DNA of 64,000 nucleotides, taken from positions 148,551 through 212,550 of the forward strand of contig CAZKVV010000001.1 of NCBI GenBank assembly GCA_964556485.1, written 5' to 3'. Shown piece after piece: positions 17,654 through 27,823 of the stretch. This stretch comes from an uncultured Pseudomonadales bacterium (lineage in GTDB: Bacteria; Patescibacteriota; Microgenomatia; UBA1400; PJMF01). The number at the start of each line of letters is the position of its first letter. Position 1 is the stretch's first letter. Both the position numbers and the translations under genes were made by a program. The notes beneath the pieces were generated by a model. It was not told the DNA's origin, did no database searches, and saw nothing but the letters and a program-made list of their open reading frames with translations.

Positions 17654-18856
17654 ATGCCATTTTTCAAATACAGTGCAAAAAACAGGTTTTCAGAAAATGT
17701 CACGGGAAAAGTAGAAGCTCAGAGTATTGATCAAGCCGCTTCTCTACTTCAAAGTCGTGATTTGTTGGTAATTAAGTTATCGCCATTGACCGAAGAATCT
17801 TTTGCAGCTATCCGCTCAATGTTGTTTGGAGTGAAGTATGACGATATTGTCAACTTTACTCGTCAGTTAGCGACAATGATTACGGCTGGATTACCACTAG
17901 CAAATGGACTGTCAATTTTGGTTCGTCAAAGCAAGCCAGAAATGTCAAAAATGGTTGCAGTCTTGTTGCAAGATGTTGAAGGTGGAAATACTTTTGCAAC
18001 CTCACTAGAAAAGCATCGCAAACAGTTTAGTACTATCTATATTCAGTTGGTGCGCGCAGGTGAAACCGGCGGTGTTTTAGATGAAGTGCTCAACCGTCTT
18101 GCTGACAATATGGAGAAAGAAAAAGAGTTCCGTGGCAAAACCAAAGGTGCCATGATTTATCCTACCATCGTGATTATGGCTATGTTTGCCGTCGGAATTA
18201 TCATGATGATTTTTGTGATTCCAAAGCTTACCGAAATGTACAAAGATTTTGGTGCTCAGTTGCCGTTACCTACATTAATACTCATGGGTATCTCAGATTT
18301 TATGGTCAAATTTTGGTATATTATGCTTGTCGGTGGCATTGGTGGTAGTGTGCTTTTTGGCAGATGGCGAAAGACAAAAATTGGTCGATTAAAGTGGGAC
18401 CGATTTATGTTGCGCATCCCTATCTTTGGCGTCCTTCGTCAAAAAGTAGTACTGACTGAATTTGCTCGTACGCTCTCACTTTTGCTAGGTGCTGGCATCT
18501 CACTTTTACAAGCAATGCAAATCGTGACTGATGGTGTTGATAATGTGATTTATCACAATGCACTTGCAGACGCTACAAAAGAAATTGAAAAAGGTGTATC
18601 ACTTTCACAGGCGTTAGCACGCCACGATGACTTTCCTCCTATTCTGCATCAAATGATGAGTGTGGGTGAGGAAACAGGTAAGCTTGATGATGTGCTGTTT
18701 AAACTTTCTCGTTACTTTGAATCTGAAGCTGAGCAGGCTGTCAAAAATTTAACAGCTGCTATGGAGCCACTGATTATGGTGGTGCTTGGTGTAGGTGTCG
18801 GAGCCATGGTTATAGCCGTGATTATGCCAATCTATAACTTAACATCTCAATTCTAA
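17654..18856 (+). CDS. pilC: type IV pilus inner-membrane platform protein PilC (GspF family)
   Basis: Two GspF repeats and 3 TM segments. 400 aa. Follows pilB-pilT. Confidence 0.9.
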   Translation: MPFFKYSAKNRFSENVTGKVEAQSIDQAASLLQSRDLLVIKLSPLTEESFAAIRSMLFGVKYDDIVNFTRQLATMITAGLPLANGLSILVRQSKPEMSKMVAVLLQDVEGGNTFATSLEKHRKQFSTIYIQLVRAGETGGVLDEVLNRLADNMEKEKEFRGKTKGAMIYPTIVIMAMFAVGIIMMIFVIPKLTEMYKDFGAQLPLPTLILMGISDFMVKFWYIMLVGGIGGSVLFGRWRKTKIGRLKWDRFMLRIPIFGVLRQKVVLTEFARTLSLLLGAGISLLQAMQIVTDGVDNVIYHNALADATKEIEKGVSLSQALARHDDFPPILHQMMSVGEETGKLDDVLFKLSRYFESEAEQAVKNLTAAMEPLIMVVLGVGVGAMVIAVIMPIYNLTSQF

Positions 18857-18935
18857 GTAACGCTCCCGAAACAAATACGAATAAAATAGGTCAGAAAAAA
18901 GATTGATTTATAGCGTAAAACTAAAAGAGGTCAAA

Positions 18936-18964
18936 ATTAGCAGTCTGGCACTGAGACTGCTAAA
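18936..18964. repeat. hairpin element ATTAGCAGTC-N9-GACTGCTAA (copy 2 of 2), downstream of pilC
   Basis: Stem identical to the 13643-13671 copy; loop tggcactga. Confidence 0.6.
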
Positions 18965-19074
18965 AGCTTATAGCATACTTGATAGCCAAGTTCCCTACTT
19001 GCTAAGCAACCTCGATATGTTATACAGTGGAGACATACCAAAAAGTGCCTACGTAATAAGTACTAATTGAAAAG

Positions 19075-19752
19075 GTGCCAAATATGAGACTGTCTAAACA
19101 TTCTTTGTTATCAATACCAAAAAGTATGAGTGGTTTTACCATGATCGAACTACTGATCGTGATTGCCATTCTTGGTATTTTAGCTGTAGCCGTGCTTTCG
19201 GCCATTAATCCTGTCGAACAGATTAATAGAGGTAGAGACACTGGTTCACGTTCAGATGCTGAACAGCTCCTCAGTGCTGTAGATAGATTTAACGCTTTCC
19301 AAGGGTACTTCCCATGGGTCTCAGCCCCAGCAGACGATTCTACATTAGATGATGGTGCTGCTGGTCCATTAGTTGTCGACGATGCTTGGTTTGCGTATGA
19401 CGGTGGTACTCTAACAGACTGTCAAGTTCTAGACAGACTTGCTGAAGGTGCTGTCGGTGGTACTGATCCATGTACTGGTTCGCAAGAACTTAAGATTTCA
19501 TTCACGCAAAGAGTCACTGGCGGTTCGTATAATCCATTATTCATTTACAACCGAGGTGGTCAAGGTGACAGTACTTATGTATGTTTTGTACCTCAATCTG
19601 GAGCCTTTATTCAGGAAGCTGAAAACAGATGTGGCGATGAAGCTGGCGCTAATCTTCCAGGTGACTTAGCCCCAATTGCTGCTTCAGTATGTGGCGGTCA
19701 CTCAGCAGGTGCAGCACCTAATCCTGACAACATGATGGTTTGTTTACCATAA
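19075..19752 (+). CDS. type IV major pilin (prepilin-type N-terminal cleavage/methylation domain)
   Basis: G|FTMIELLIVIAILGILAVAV class III signal. Internal Mets at 19084 and 19126 are alternative starts. Cys-containing C-terminal region. Strong terminator immediately downstream. Confidence 0.8.
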   Translation: MPNMRLSKHSLLSIPKSMSGFTMIELLIVIAILGILAVAVLSAINPVEQINRGRDTGSRSDAEQLLSAVDRFNAFQGYFPWVSAPADDSTLDDGAAGPLVVDDAWFAYDGGTLTDCQVLDRLAEGAVGGTDPCTGSQELKISFTQRVTGGSYNPLFIYNRGGQGDSTYVCFVPQSGAFIQEAENRCGDEAGANLPGDLAPIAASVCGGHSAGAAPNPDNMMVCLP

Positions 19753-19776
19753 CAAACCTGTTCGTTTCGAAATTGA

Positions 19777-19806
19777 AACCAGCCGGTACTTCCCGGCTGG
19801 TTTTGT
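19777..19806 (+). terminator. Rho-independent terminator after the major pilin gene
   Basis: aaccagccgg-tacttc-ccggctggtt followed by TTTTG. Confidence 0.65.
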
Positions 19807-19831
19807 AGTATAAATGCTATACTAATAACCC

Positions 19832-20650
19832 ATGCTTTTTGCACCCTTTTTACTAGCATTACTCTTTTTCTTAGTCCTTGGTGCTGTGATTGGGAGTTTT
19901 ATCAATGTGGTAATAATTCGCACAATTGAAGGTGAGTCCTGGGTTGCTGGTAGGTCGCGGTGCGACCATTGCCGTAAAAACATTGCTTGGTTTGACAACG
20001 TCCCTTTGATTTCTTTTTTCCTGCTGAAAGGAAAATGCCGCTATTGTAAAAAAAATATCGCCCTTTCGCACCCCGTTGTAGAGGCACTCACCGCCCTCCT
20101 CTTTGTGTGGTGGTACATTGGTTTGTTTTTTTTCTTTAAACTTACGCAAGAACCATTTGTGGTTTTGCAGCCTCTCTTTTGGTTAACTGTCGCTGTGATT
20201 CTATTAATCATTTTTTTCACCGACTTGTTAGTCCTGCTTATTCCAGACAAGTTGGTTTTGGCGCTGTCTGTGCTAGTGGTGGTATATCGCATAGCTCTTA
20301 TCTATTCCGGCATCATGCAGCCACGAGATTTTTTCTTGGCTTTGATTGGTATGGTTGTGTTAGTACTGTTTTTCTTTGCACTGTGGTTTTTCTCTGGTGG
20401 TCGAGGTCTTGGTTTTGGCGATGTAAAACTGATTGCGCCGTTGTCACTGCTGATGGGTTGGCCTGAAATGATTGTAGGTGTATTCACTGCGTTTTGTACT
20501 GGTGCAGTCGTTGGCTTATTCCTCGTTGCAACAAAGAGACACGCCCTTAAACAACCACTGCCATTTGGTCCGTTTTTAATCATTGGAACGATTGTTGCCT
20601 TGGTTTGGGGAAATGAGGTTATTGCTTGGTATTTACAGCTTTTTAGCTAG
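19832..20650 (+). CDS. pilD: prepilin peptidase / N-methyltransferase (A24 family)
   Basis: N-terminal CxxC...CxxC zinc motif (CDHCRKNIAWFDNVPLISFFLLKGKCRYCKKNI), polytopic membrane protein, and a GFGDVKL catalytic-Asp region. Confidence 0.85.
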   Translation: MLFAPFLLALLFFLVLGAVIGSFINVVIIRTIEGESWVAGRSRCDHCRKNIAWFDNVPLISFFLLKGKCRYCKKNIALSHPVVEALTALLFVWWYIGLFFFFKLTQEPFVVLQPLFWLTVAVILLIIFFTDLLVLLIPDKLVLALSVLVVVYRIALIYSGIMQPRDFFLALIGMVVLVLFFFALWFFSGGRGLGFGDVKLIAPLSLLMGWPEMIVGVFTAFCTGAVVGLFLVATKRHALKQPLPFGPFLIIGTIVALVWGNEVIAWYLQLFS

Positions 20651-20700
20651 TTTCTGTTGCGGGGGTGACAACTGCCTTATAACTCGCTACTATAGTATGT

Positions 20701-21651
20701 ATGCGGATTTTGTTGTCCATGCTGAAAGTTTTTTTTGCACTGCTAGTGTTAGCTGCTGTGGTTTTGTTAATATCAAGAGAGGCATTACTGATTTCTGCCA
20801 CACACGTAATTACCAGCTCACTGGGAGAGTTGCAGCGTGCAGGCACAAAAGGTACACACATTGGTCAATGTCAGAATCGTGGCTTTGGTTTTATTGATGG
20901 CTCGGAAGCAGTGATGCAACTTCGCTTTTTGAGTGACACCGAGTTTGTTCTAGAAGTAAAGTGTTCTGAAAATTCAACTGAAGCAATTTTAATTTCGAGA
21001 AAGAATTTGCCCCCATTTGTTACGAAAGTGCAAGGCGGCTCTGGATTTCCACTGTTTGGCAGAAGTGCGATTAAGATTGAGGTATTTAGATCGTTTGAAA
21101 CGATGTTAAAGTCGGTGCTCTTTTTTGAGCCGACCTTTTTGCTTCGCAGTAAAACAATTGCTGCTGAAGATGGCTTTATAATTGAAGACTTCTCCCCTTT
21201 TGATTTTGAAAATGGTCCGATTACTTCTTGTAGTGGATATGGTTATTTTTGTTGTGACGCAGTGGCAGAAAAAGGTGCTGGTGAACAAATCATAGGATTA
21301 AATGGTTGCGAAGAACGCTGTTATGCCAGTTGTGTGGCTCGACCTCTAGTTCTTTCATTTACAACCAATCCGTTTTTTGACTTCAAAACAAGAAAATTGT
21401 CTCTGAGAAATGGTGAAACTGTTGAGTTCTCGTATGTAGTTGATACTCCAGCAGGGACTACAGCGACGGCAACATTTGATTTTGGAGATGGTGAAACTAG
21501 CACTGCCGAAGGTGAAAATGGAACAGTTAGTCATACCTATTCATGTCCTAATACCACATGTGAGTATCCAGCATCAATACAGGTTATTGATAATTGGGGC
21601 ATAGAGTCGATCATTTCAGATGTTAGCAAGCTGATGGTGGTTGTAGAATAA
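20701..21651 (+). CDS. secreted/membrane-anchored protein with C-terminal PKD domain
   Basis: N-terminal signal/anchor. C-terminal ATFDFGDGETSTAEGENGTVSHTYSCP is a PKD-domain signature. Confidence 0.6.
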   Translation: MRILLSMLKVFFALLVLAAVVLLISREALLISATHVITSSLGELQRAGTKGTHIGQCQNRGFGFIDGSEAVMQLRFLSDTEFVLEVKCSENSTEAILISRKNLPPFVTKVQGGSGFPLFGRSAIKIEVFRSFETMLKSVLFFEPTFLLRSKTIAAEDGFIIEDFSPFDFENGPITSCSGYGYFCCDAVAEKGAGEQIIGLNGCEERCYASCVARPLVLSFTTNPFFDFKTRKLSLRNGETVEFSYVVDTPAGTTATATFDFGDGETSTAEGENGTVSHTYSCPNTTCEYPASIQVIDNWGIESIISDVSKLMVVVE

Positions 21652-21727
21652 CTCATAACCCACTCCCCTTGCTTTTTGCCTGCATTTCTGCCTAGAATGA
21701 AGCTATATATATCAAGGGACAAGATAC

Positions 21728-22183
21728 ATGCACAAACTACTTCAAAAAAGAAATCGTGGTTTTACTTTACTCGAGCTATTAGTAGTTATTTCGATCATTG
21801 GTATTCTTATTGCAATCAGTGCTGCAGCATTCACAACAGCACAGCAAAAAGCTCGTAATGCAAAACGACAAGGTGATGTTAACGCAATGGCAAAGGCTTT
21901 TGAACAGTATTACGCTATAAACGGTAGTAGCTATGCCGCTACTTGTGGGGCAATGGCTGGTGCATTGCAAGGTGGCATCATACCCTCCGATCCCAAGACC
22001 GGTGTCCGATACGATGTTGGTGGTTCATGCGTATCTGACACTGTAGCAAATACCTACTGTGTTTGTGCTACTCTAGAGCCCACAGGCACAACTGCGGGCA
22101 ACAGTAATGCTACCGCAAATGCCACTTGCTCTGGCCTCTCAGCGGGGAGTGGGCAGTATTTCTGTATAAAGAATCAACAATAG
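21728..22183 (+). CDS. type IV pilin-like protein (prepilin N-terminal domain)
   Basis: RG|FTLLELLVVISIIGILIAIS. Confidence 0.8.
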   Translation: MHKLLQKRNRGFTLLELLVVISIIGILIAISAAAFTTAQQKARNAKRQGDVNAMAKAFEQYYAINGSSYAATCGAMAGALQGGIIPSDPKTGVRYDVGGSCVSDTVANTYCVCATLEPTGTTAGNSNATANATCSGLSAGSGQYFCIKNQQ

Positions 22184-22191
22184 GAGTATTC

Positions 22192-22647
22192 ATGAAACGC
22201 AAGAACACGCAAAAAGGGTTTAGTTTGATAGAACTCCTGGTGGTTTCAACAGTGATTATTGTGATTACAACTATTGGTTTAGTGAGTTTTACTAGCGCTG
22301 GCAAAGGTGCGCGTGATGGCAAGCGTAAAGCCGATTTGGAGGCAGTACGACAAGCCTTGGTGCTCTATAAAGCAGATGGCAACGCCTATCCAACTGGGGC
22401 TGGAACAAATGGTAGTTATGTTACTGTTTCTGCTTCTCTCATAAGTGCGGGCTATCTTAGCAATCCTCGTCCTGATGATCCAAAAAATACGGCTCCCTAT
22501 CAATATTCATACTATGCTCCTGCGACTGGCGATAGCTTTTGTTTATGTGCTTATGCGGAAGATGATGATATAGCCAACCAAAGTGCTACAAACTGCCCAC
22601 TGCTTGGTTTGAGCACGCCAGCATACTACTGTGTGCAGAATCCATAA
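22192..22647 (+). CDS. type IV pilin-like protein
   Basis: Start at MKRKNTQKG|FSLIELLVV (AGGAG RBS). Paralog of the preceding pilin. Confidence 0.8.
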   Translation: MKRKNTQKGFSLIELLVVSTVIIVITTIGLVSFTSAGKGARDGKRKADLEAVRQALVLYKADGNAYPTGAGTNGSYVTVSASLISAGYLSNPRPDDPKNTAPYQYSYYAPATGDSFCLCAYAEDDDIANQSATNCPLLGLSTPAYYCVQNP

Positions 22648-22650
22648 CGT

Positions 22651-23178
22651 ATGAGACTGCCCAAACTCAACACACGAGGATTTTCACTCTTAGAAATGAT
22701 TATTACTGTTTCGATAGTGTTGATTGTATTTGGTGGAGGTCTAGCAGCTTTTATTCGTTTTAACGACCGACAGCGCGTGCAAGCCACAGCCAATGATATT
22801 AAGCAGTTTATAAAAAGTGCTCAGACCAGAGCACGTGTTCGAGATAACCCCGATCAGGCTGGTTGTAACCAGTTGCAGGGCTATCGAGTGACAACAACTG
22901 GTTCGTTAGCAATCATGAATTTGTTATGTGGTGCCACAAAGTTTTCGAATGCACCAGGGATTCAGAGAGCAACGTATACCGTTCAAAGCGGTATTACTGT
23001 CACAAGCATGTCAATCAACTTTTACACTCTCGAAGGTTCTGCAAATGTTATTACACCAGCAGATAATAAGATTAGGGTGAATGGCACCAATGCCTACTAC
23101 TTGTTTAGAGTTGAAGAATCTGGAGAGATTACAGAGGGTTGTTTTGTGACTACAGCAACCAGTGATACGTGTCTGTAA
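22651..23178 (+). CDS. pseudopilin / minor pilin
   Basis: RG|FSLLEMIITVSIVLIVFGGG prepilin signal. Confidence 0.75.
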   Translation: MRLPKLNTRGFSLLEMIITVSIVLIVFGGGLAAFIRFNDRQRVQATANDIKQFIKSAQTRARVRDNPDQAGCNQLQGYRVTTTGSLAIMNLLCGATKFSNAPGIQRATYTVQSGITVTSMSINFYTLEGSANVITPADNKIRVNGTNAYYLFRVEESGEITEGCFVTTATSDTCL

Positions 23179-23191
23179 GAATATGGTGCAT

Positions 23192-23659
23192 ATGAAAAAG
23201 ATAAAGCGACTCAGGTTTCAAATGGGCTCCACACTGGTGGAGTTACTCATTGCCATGATGATTGTTGGCACCATTGTAACGGCTGTTGCAGCAGGAGTTA
23301 CTTCTTCAGTTAAGAACAATGCTGAAGCGAGATATCGTGAAGTTGCAACTAATCTCGGTCAAGAGGTATTGGAAGTGATGCGCAAAGAACGTTCTCAACT
23401 TGGATGGGTGCACTTTTATCAAGCCCTCTCTGGTACGCAGTACTGTGTACCAGCAGGAGTGCGAGATGTAACTGGTTTTCTATCCGGATCAAGTTGCACT
23501 GTTACAGAAGCAAATACTACTTTTAGTCGAATACTGAGCATTACTAAAACTGGAGGCAATGAGCTTTCCGCTACGGTGACAGTGACCTGGGTTAGATCAC
23601 CTGGTAACACGAGTCAAATTACACTTACACAAGAATTCAGGGAAGCAAGTAGAAACTAA
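23192..23659 (+). CDS. pseudopilin / minor pilin
   Basis: MG|STLVELLIAMMIVGTIV prepilin-like N-terminus. An alternative start lies at 23183. Confidence 0.65.
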   Translation: MKKIKRLRFQMGSTLVELLIAMMIVGTIVTAVAAGVTSSVKNNAEARYREVATNLGQEVLEVMRKERSQLGWVHFYQALSGTQYCVPAGVRDVTGFLSGSSCTVTEANTTFSRILSITKTGGNELSATVTVTWVRSPGNTSQITLTQEFREASRN

Positions 23660-23671
23660 CCATTTCTGTTG

Positions 23672-24208
23672 TTAATTTCTCAACACAACCGTGGCAGCAA
23701 AGCTTTCCGTGCTAGCAGGCGTGGCTGCGGTTTGATTAATCGTTGGCGCAACTTTATCTAATTGAAAAGATATATCAACATAGCGAGAGCCATCAGCATT
23801 CTCGTAACAATCAAAAACTAATTGTCGTGCGGCAACGGCATTTGAAGTCAGGAAGGCGCTGTTAGAGGCAATTTTACCAGTTACGTCTAACTGAAGTTCT
23901 GTAGTGCCGCCATTGATCGCATCGAAGGCAATGCTGTCCATACCTGTTTGGCAAATTTGTCCAGTTGCATTGTCAACGAGAGTGTATGAGTTTCTAAGTA
24001 AAAATTCCATTTGTCCGAGGGCATAACTGCCTTCAACCTTAAGTGTGTTTTTGGTATTCGTTTTAGCATTACTGATTAAAAAAGTCATGAACATTGACGA
24101 CACAGTGAGGATGAGAATCACCATTAGCGAAGTAACAATCATCAATTCTATCAGTGTAAAACCATGCTGCTTAGTAATATGGTTGGAGAACTGGGCAATT
24201 TTTGGCAT
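23672..24208 (-). CDS. pseudopilin / minor pilin (translationally coupled to the giant protein upstream)
   Basis: HG|FTLIELMIVTSLMVILIL prepilin signal. Its start abuts the stop of the 24209..27823 gene. Confidence 0.7.
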   Translation of the reverse strand: MPKIAQFSNHITKQHGFTLIELMIVTSLMVILILTVSSMFMTFLISNAKTNTKNTLKVEGSYALGQMEFLLRNSYTLVDNATGQICQTGMDSIAFDAINGGTTELQLDVTGKIASNSAFLTSNAVAARQLVFDCYENADGSRYVDISFQLDKVAPTINQTAATPASTESFAATVVLRN

Positions 24209-27200
24209 CTAGTTTACTTCCTGCCAGATTAGTCCTGGGGCCATGAGGAGTTCGGGCGTCGTTTCTACAAAGTCAGGTCGATATACAAATACAGAGATTG
24301 GATTGAGGTTATTTAGTGCTGCGGAGAGCGCGTTTGATGTATTCGCATAATCGCGCGTGAGAGCAATCCCACTCCAACCTACAAATGTGCCAGCACCAAT
24401 GAATTTACGGTTCTGAATTGCTGGACTCACGTGTGATGCCACGGAAATACTACCATCTGCGACATAGACACCTTCAATATTGGTAACATCAGAAACTGGA
24501 GTAGTAGGATCTAAAAAGCCGACAGTTTCACTAATGGTGATATTTCCGCCAACAATAAATGCTACGTAGCCACCTTGTTCGACCTTGATTAACTCATCAA
24601 GATTATTGGTGTTAGAGATAGTAAGGTCATCACGAACAAAGATAATTCTTCTCTCCCCCGTAGCAATGCTTATTGTAGAAGCAACGTTTGGATCAATTGT
24701 TAAGCTGCCTTCACGATATGAGACTTGTGTGCCGTCGTTAGTATCAGTGAAGCCAACGGTGAGTTGCGTCTTGGTGTTAATGGTAGCGCTAGCAATCTTT
24801 GTCATGCCTGCAAGATCGAAATTGCGCGCAAAGTATGTGTAATCTTGCCTGAGTGCTCTCGAGAAATCAGCCCCTTCTGCTTTGTAGTTTGTCGAAGGTG
24901 GTGTGGCGCCTACATCTGATTCACGGTAATATCCAGCATTACTACTACCGCTACTAATAGTGCCAGAAGCTGCAATAGCTATTCCAGCAGTTTTGTTTGC
25001 ATTTGTCACATCCCTGATTGTAATGTAAGGCGTGCAGATTCCCGTGCCATCTGCAACACATTGATCGGTGATATTTGATACAACTCCGTTGTTGGTTGCA
25101 TAGATGAGCCCTCCAACTCCTTGCCACCATGGACCGTTACTAAGGTCGTATTGTTCGGCATAAAAAGTTACGCCGGTGCGTGGATTTGCTAGTCCTGTGT
25201 ATTGACAGGTAAAAGGATCTGCACCAGGAGCTGGACAAGCGCAGGCTGCGGTGTTAGTAATGTCTGAATTAGTGAAGGTTGAGCTAACAGTCACTGTCCC
25301 CCAGTTGCTCGTGGGTGTGTACGCAGCACCAGTGATGGTGTATGCAAAAGCTGCTCCATTGAAGTTTACATTTGCAGTTATTGGAGTAAAACCACCAGAA
25401 ACGGTACCAGTGACGACGGCAGTAACACCAGGAGCTGGGATTACTGCTGAGCCTCCATTACTACAGATTCCACCAACTATGCTATAACTACCATCTCCAA
25501 GGTAGATGCTCCCAGTCAGATTGGCGATTAAACTAAAGTCAGTAGCTGTTGCCCAGTTTCCATTCTGTGTACCGCATGACGTATTGCGAGCTCTGACGGA
25601 AAAACTGAGATCTCTGCCAGTAGCATACTCGTTTTGAACGTTCGAAATGGTGCGGTTGAGTGTTGAGAAAGTTACTGTGTCGTAGAACATTACATCAGCG
25701 CTGGTTGTACGAACTGCCCAGGCAGCTGTTGGGTTGGCAAAGTCGCCAGTATCCCAGACAATCACATCATATTCATCAACATAGCTAGCTCCAGTTGTAG
25801 GCGCACCCCAACCTAGTGTGATTTGGTTGGCAGTATTGGTCATATTGTATGCTCCTGAGGGAGTTAGATTTGTTGGTGTACCTGGAGTACCAGTTGGACA
25901 AGAAGTGATTTGAACAGGGATTGAACAAGTAGAGCAGTTATTGCTTGGATAGCACATTGCAACACTTGGGTTACCGCTACACCACTCGCCATCTTCGCCA
26001 TAAATATTGGCAGTTACCATATAATTCCCCGCACTCAGTCCGGAAATATCCCAACCGTGAGTGCCATTTGCACTGTATAAATAGTTAGAGTTGCTGGCGT
26101 TGTTCGCGGGTTGCCATGCTGGGGTTGGAGCACAGTAGTTGCCTTGCTGTGAAGTATAGAAAAAGCGGACGTTGGCAACGTCGGTTGTCCAATTTTTATA
26201 AAGCCTCACGTTATCATAATATACTGGCCAAGTAGTGCCGTTTGATGGAGGTCTAAGTATTACTCGTATTTGAGATTCATTGTAGCCCGGATAGTTGGTT
26301 AGACTGAAAGTATGTTCAAACTCCTGCCATTCAGAAGCAGATAGTGTAATTGGTGTTGTATACAAAGTTGAAGGCGGATTTGTCCAGTCTCCACCACTTG
26401 GGTAGGCTTGTATCTGCATGTTAACTGTATTAGCCGTTGAAGAGTGTGCTTTAGCCATGAATTTGAGAGTGAATGATCTGCCGTTTATGTTTTCACCAAC
26501 ATCAATAAAGTTGCTTGCTGCATATGAGTCTCCGGCTGCAGCCCTGGCCATAGCAAAATAATAGCGCCCGTCTGCCGGTGGGCCGTTTAGAAGTGAATCA
26601 GGAGTCCAAAATGCACCTAAGTTATGTTGTATCCACCCATTTGTATTAGCTAATTCGAATGAGTGATTGCCATCGCCAATAATGTAGCCATAGTTTGCGC
26701 CTTCGTAAAAAGAATCGACTGTAATTGGAATGGTGCCAGCGCTCACGTCATAGGTGCCTTGTGGAATGCTAAATCCTTCACAAATAGGGATGGTTGGCAT
26801 TGGATCGCCAGGATCTGGAATTGGTGGGCCTGTGACTTCTATTGTTGATGTGGCGCTACCTGCCATGTAGGTGCCAGGAGTGAGATTCATTTCGCAGCTG
26901 GCTGTGATGATTGCGGTTCCAGTGCTGATTGGAGAAATAACGGTTTGATATGGGGTTGTTGCATCGGAAGGAGATAGGACGCTAGCAACTCCTCCGTTGC
27001 TGTTTGTAAAATTAACTCTACTAACCGAGCCGCCTGTTGAAGTAACACTTGCAGTTAGCGTTGTGCTTGAGCCACCAACTGTGAGGCCAGCAGTTGTTGG
27101 TGAGAGAGTGACTGAGCAACTATTATTTGAATTACATGTGTTTCCACAGTCAACTGGACAGTTGCAGTCTGTTTCTTGTCTGCAAACTGCTGTTCCTTGT

Positions 27201-27823
27201 TCACAAATGCCATTTCCGCACCAGCCACAAGAGCCGCAAGTGCCGCAGTCTTGTCCACAACTTGAGCAGGTCTCCGGAGCCAAGCATAAGAGGTCGCCAC
27301 AGTATCCAGGTGGTTGTGGCGTGTTTGGAGGATTGCTTGGAGTTGGGGTTGGGGTTGGTTGGGGATTTGGAGGGTAATTGCAGCAACTGAGATCTCCACC
27401 CTGAGGTGAGAGAGTACTACAGTCTCCTTGAGTGCCAAGGCAAGTGCCTGTATAAGGCGCGGAGGGACCGCAGTTGCCGCCAACATTTGTACATGCTAAT
27501 CCACCGGCACTGCAGTTACCCGATCCTCCAGGGATGGTATACATGTTGCATCCATTTTTTCCTGGGGCATAGCTGTAACAAGTTCCCGATCCTCCATTTG
27601 TTGAGCATGTGTGAGGGTAATATTGTTGGTCGGTAGTATCATCATTGAGACAATGAGTCGTGCCATTTGTACAATCACGAATTCTCCAGTAGGTATTCGT
27701 ACCTGTGCAGGTTCCACCGTCGCCACATTGAGTGTCTGCCAATGTTTTACTTGGTACTAAAAAAAAGCTCGCTGCTAATAAAATGGCAATTAGTTGATGT
27801 AAAATGGCGCCTTTAGTTTTCAT
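24209..27823 (-). CDS. 1204-aa secreted Cys-rich multidomain surface protein, putative pilus-associated adhesin
   Basis: Signal peptide; Cys/Gly-rich N-terminal modules; PT-rich linker (PNPQPTPTPTPSNPPNTPQPP); Big-like beta-sandwich segment; jelly-roll/CBM-like and FN3-like stretches. No antisense alternative is credible. Confidence 0.8.
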   Translation of the reverse strand: MKTKGAILHQLIAILLAASFFLVPSKTLADTQCGDGGTCTGTNTYWRIRDCTNGTTHCLNDDTTDQQYYPHTCSTNGGSGTCYSYAPGKNGCNMYTIPGGSGNCSAGGLACTNVGGNCGPSAPYTGTCLGTQGDCSTLSPQGGDLSCCNYPPNPQPTPTPTPSNPPNTPQPPGYCGDLLCLAPETCSSCGQDCGTCGSCGWCGNGICEQGTAVCRQETDCNCPVDCGNTCNSNNSCSVTLSPTTAGLTVGGSSTTLTASVTSTGGSVSRVNFTNSNGGVASVLSPSDATTPYQTVISPISTGTAIITASCEMNLTPGTYMAGSATSTIEVTGPPIPDPGDPMPTIPICEGFSIPQGTYDVSAGTIPITVDSFYEGANYGYIIGDGNHSFELANTNGWIQHNLGAFWTPDSLLNGPPADGRYYFAMARAAAGDSYAASNFIDVGENINGRSFTLKFMAKAHSSTANTVNMQIQAYPSGGDWTNPPSTLYTTPITLSASEWQEFEHTFSLTNYPGYNESQIRVILRPPSNGTTWPVYYDNVRLYKNWTTDVANVRFFYTSQQGNYCAPTPAWQPANNASNSNYLYSANGTHGWDISGLSAGNYMVTANIYGEDGEWCSGNPSVAMCYPSNNCSTCSIPVQITSCPTGTPGTPTNLTPSGAYNMTNTANQITLGWGAPTTGASYVDEYDVIVWDTGDFANPTAAWAVRTTSADVMFYDTVTFSTLNRTISNVQNEYATGRDLSFSVRARNTSCGTQNGNWATATDFSLIANLTGSIYLGDGSYSIVGGICSNGGSAVIPAPGVTAVVTGTVSGGFTPITANVNFNGAAFAYTITGAAYTPTSNWGTVTVSSTFTNSDITNTAACACPAPGADPFTCQYTGLANPRTGVTFYAEQYDLSNGPWWQGVGGLIYATNNGVVSNITDQCVADGTGICTPYITIRDVTNANKTAGIAIAASGTISSGSSNAGYYRESDVGATPPSTNYKAEGADFSRALRQDYTYFARNFDLAGMTKIASATINTKTQLTVGFTDTNDGTQVSYREGSLTIDPNVASTISIATGERRIIFVRDDLTISNTNNLDELIKVEQGGYVAFIVGGNITISETVGFLDPTTPVSDVTNIEGVYVADGSISVASHVSPAIQNRKFIGAGTFVGWSGIALTRDYANTSNALSAALNNLNPISVFVYRPDFVETTPELLMAPGLIWQEVN

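Noticed and set aside
24585-27726. Antisense and alternative-frame ORFs within the 1204-aa adhesin gene (for example 26997..27377, 27055..27486)
   Set aside because: Shadow ORFs of a long GC-richer, repeat-containing gene; no independent signals.
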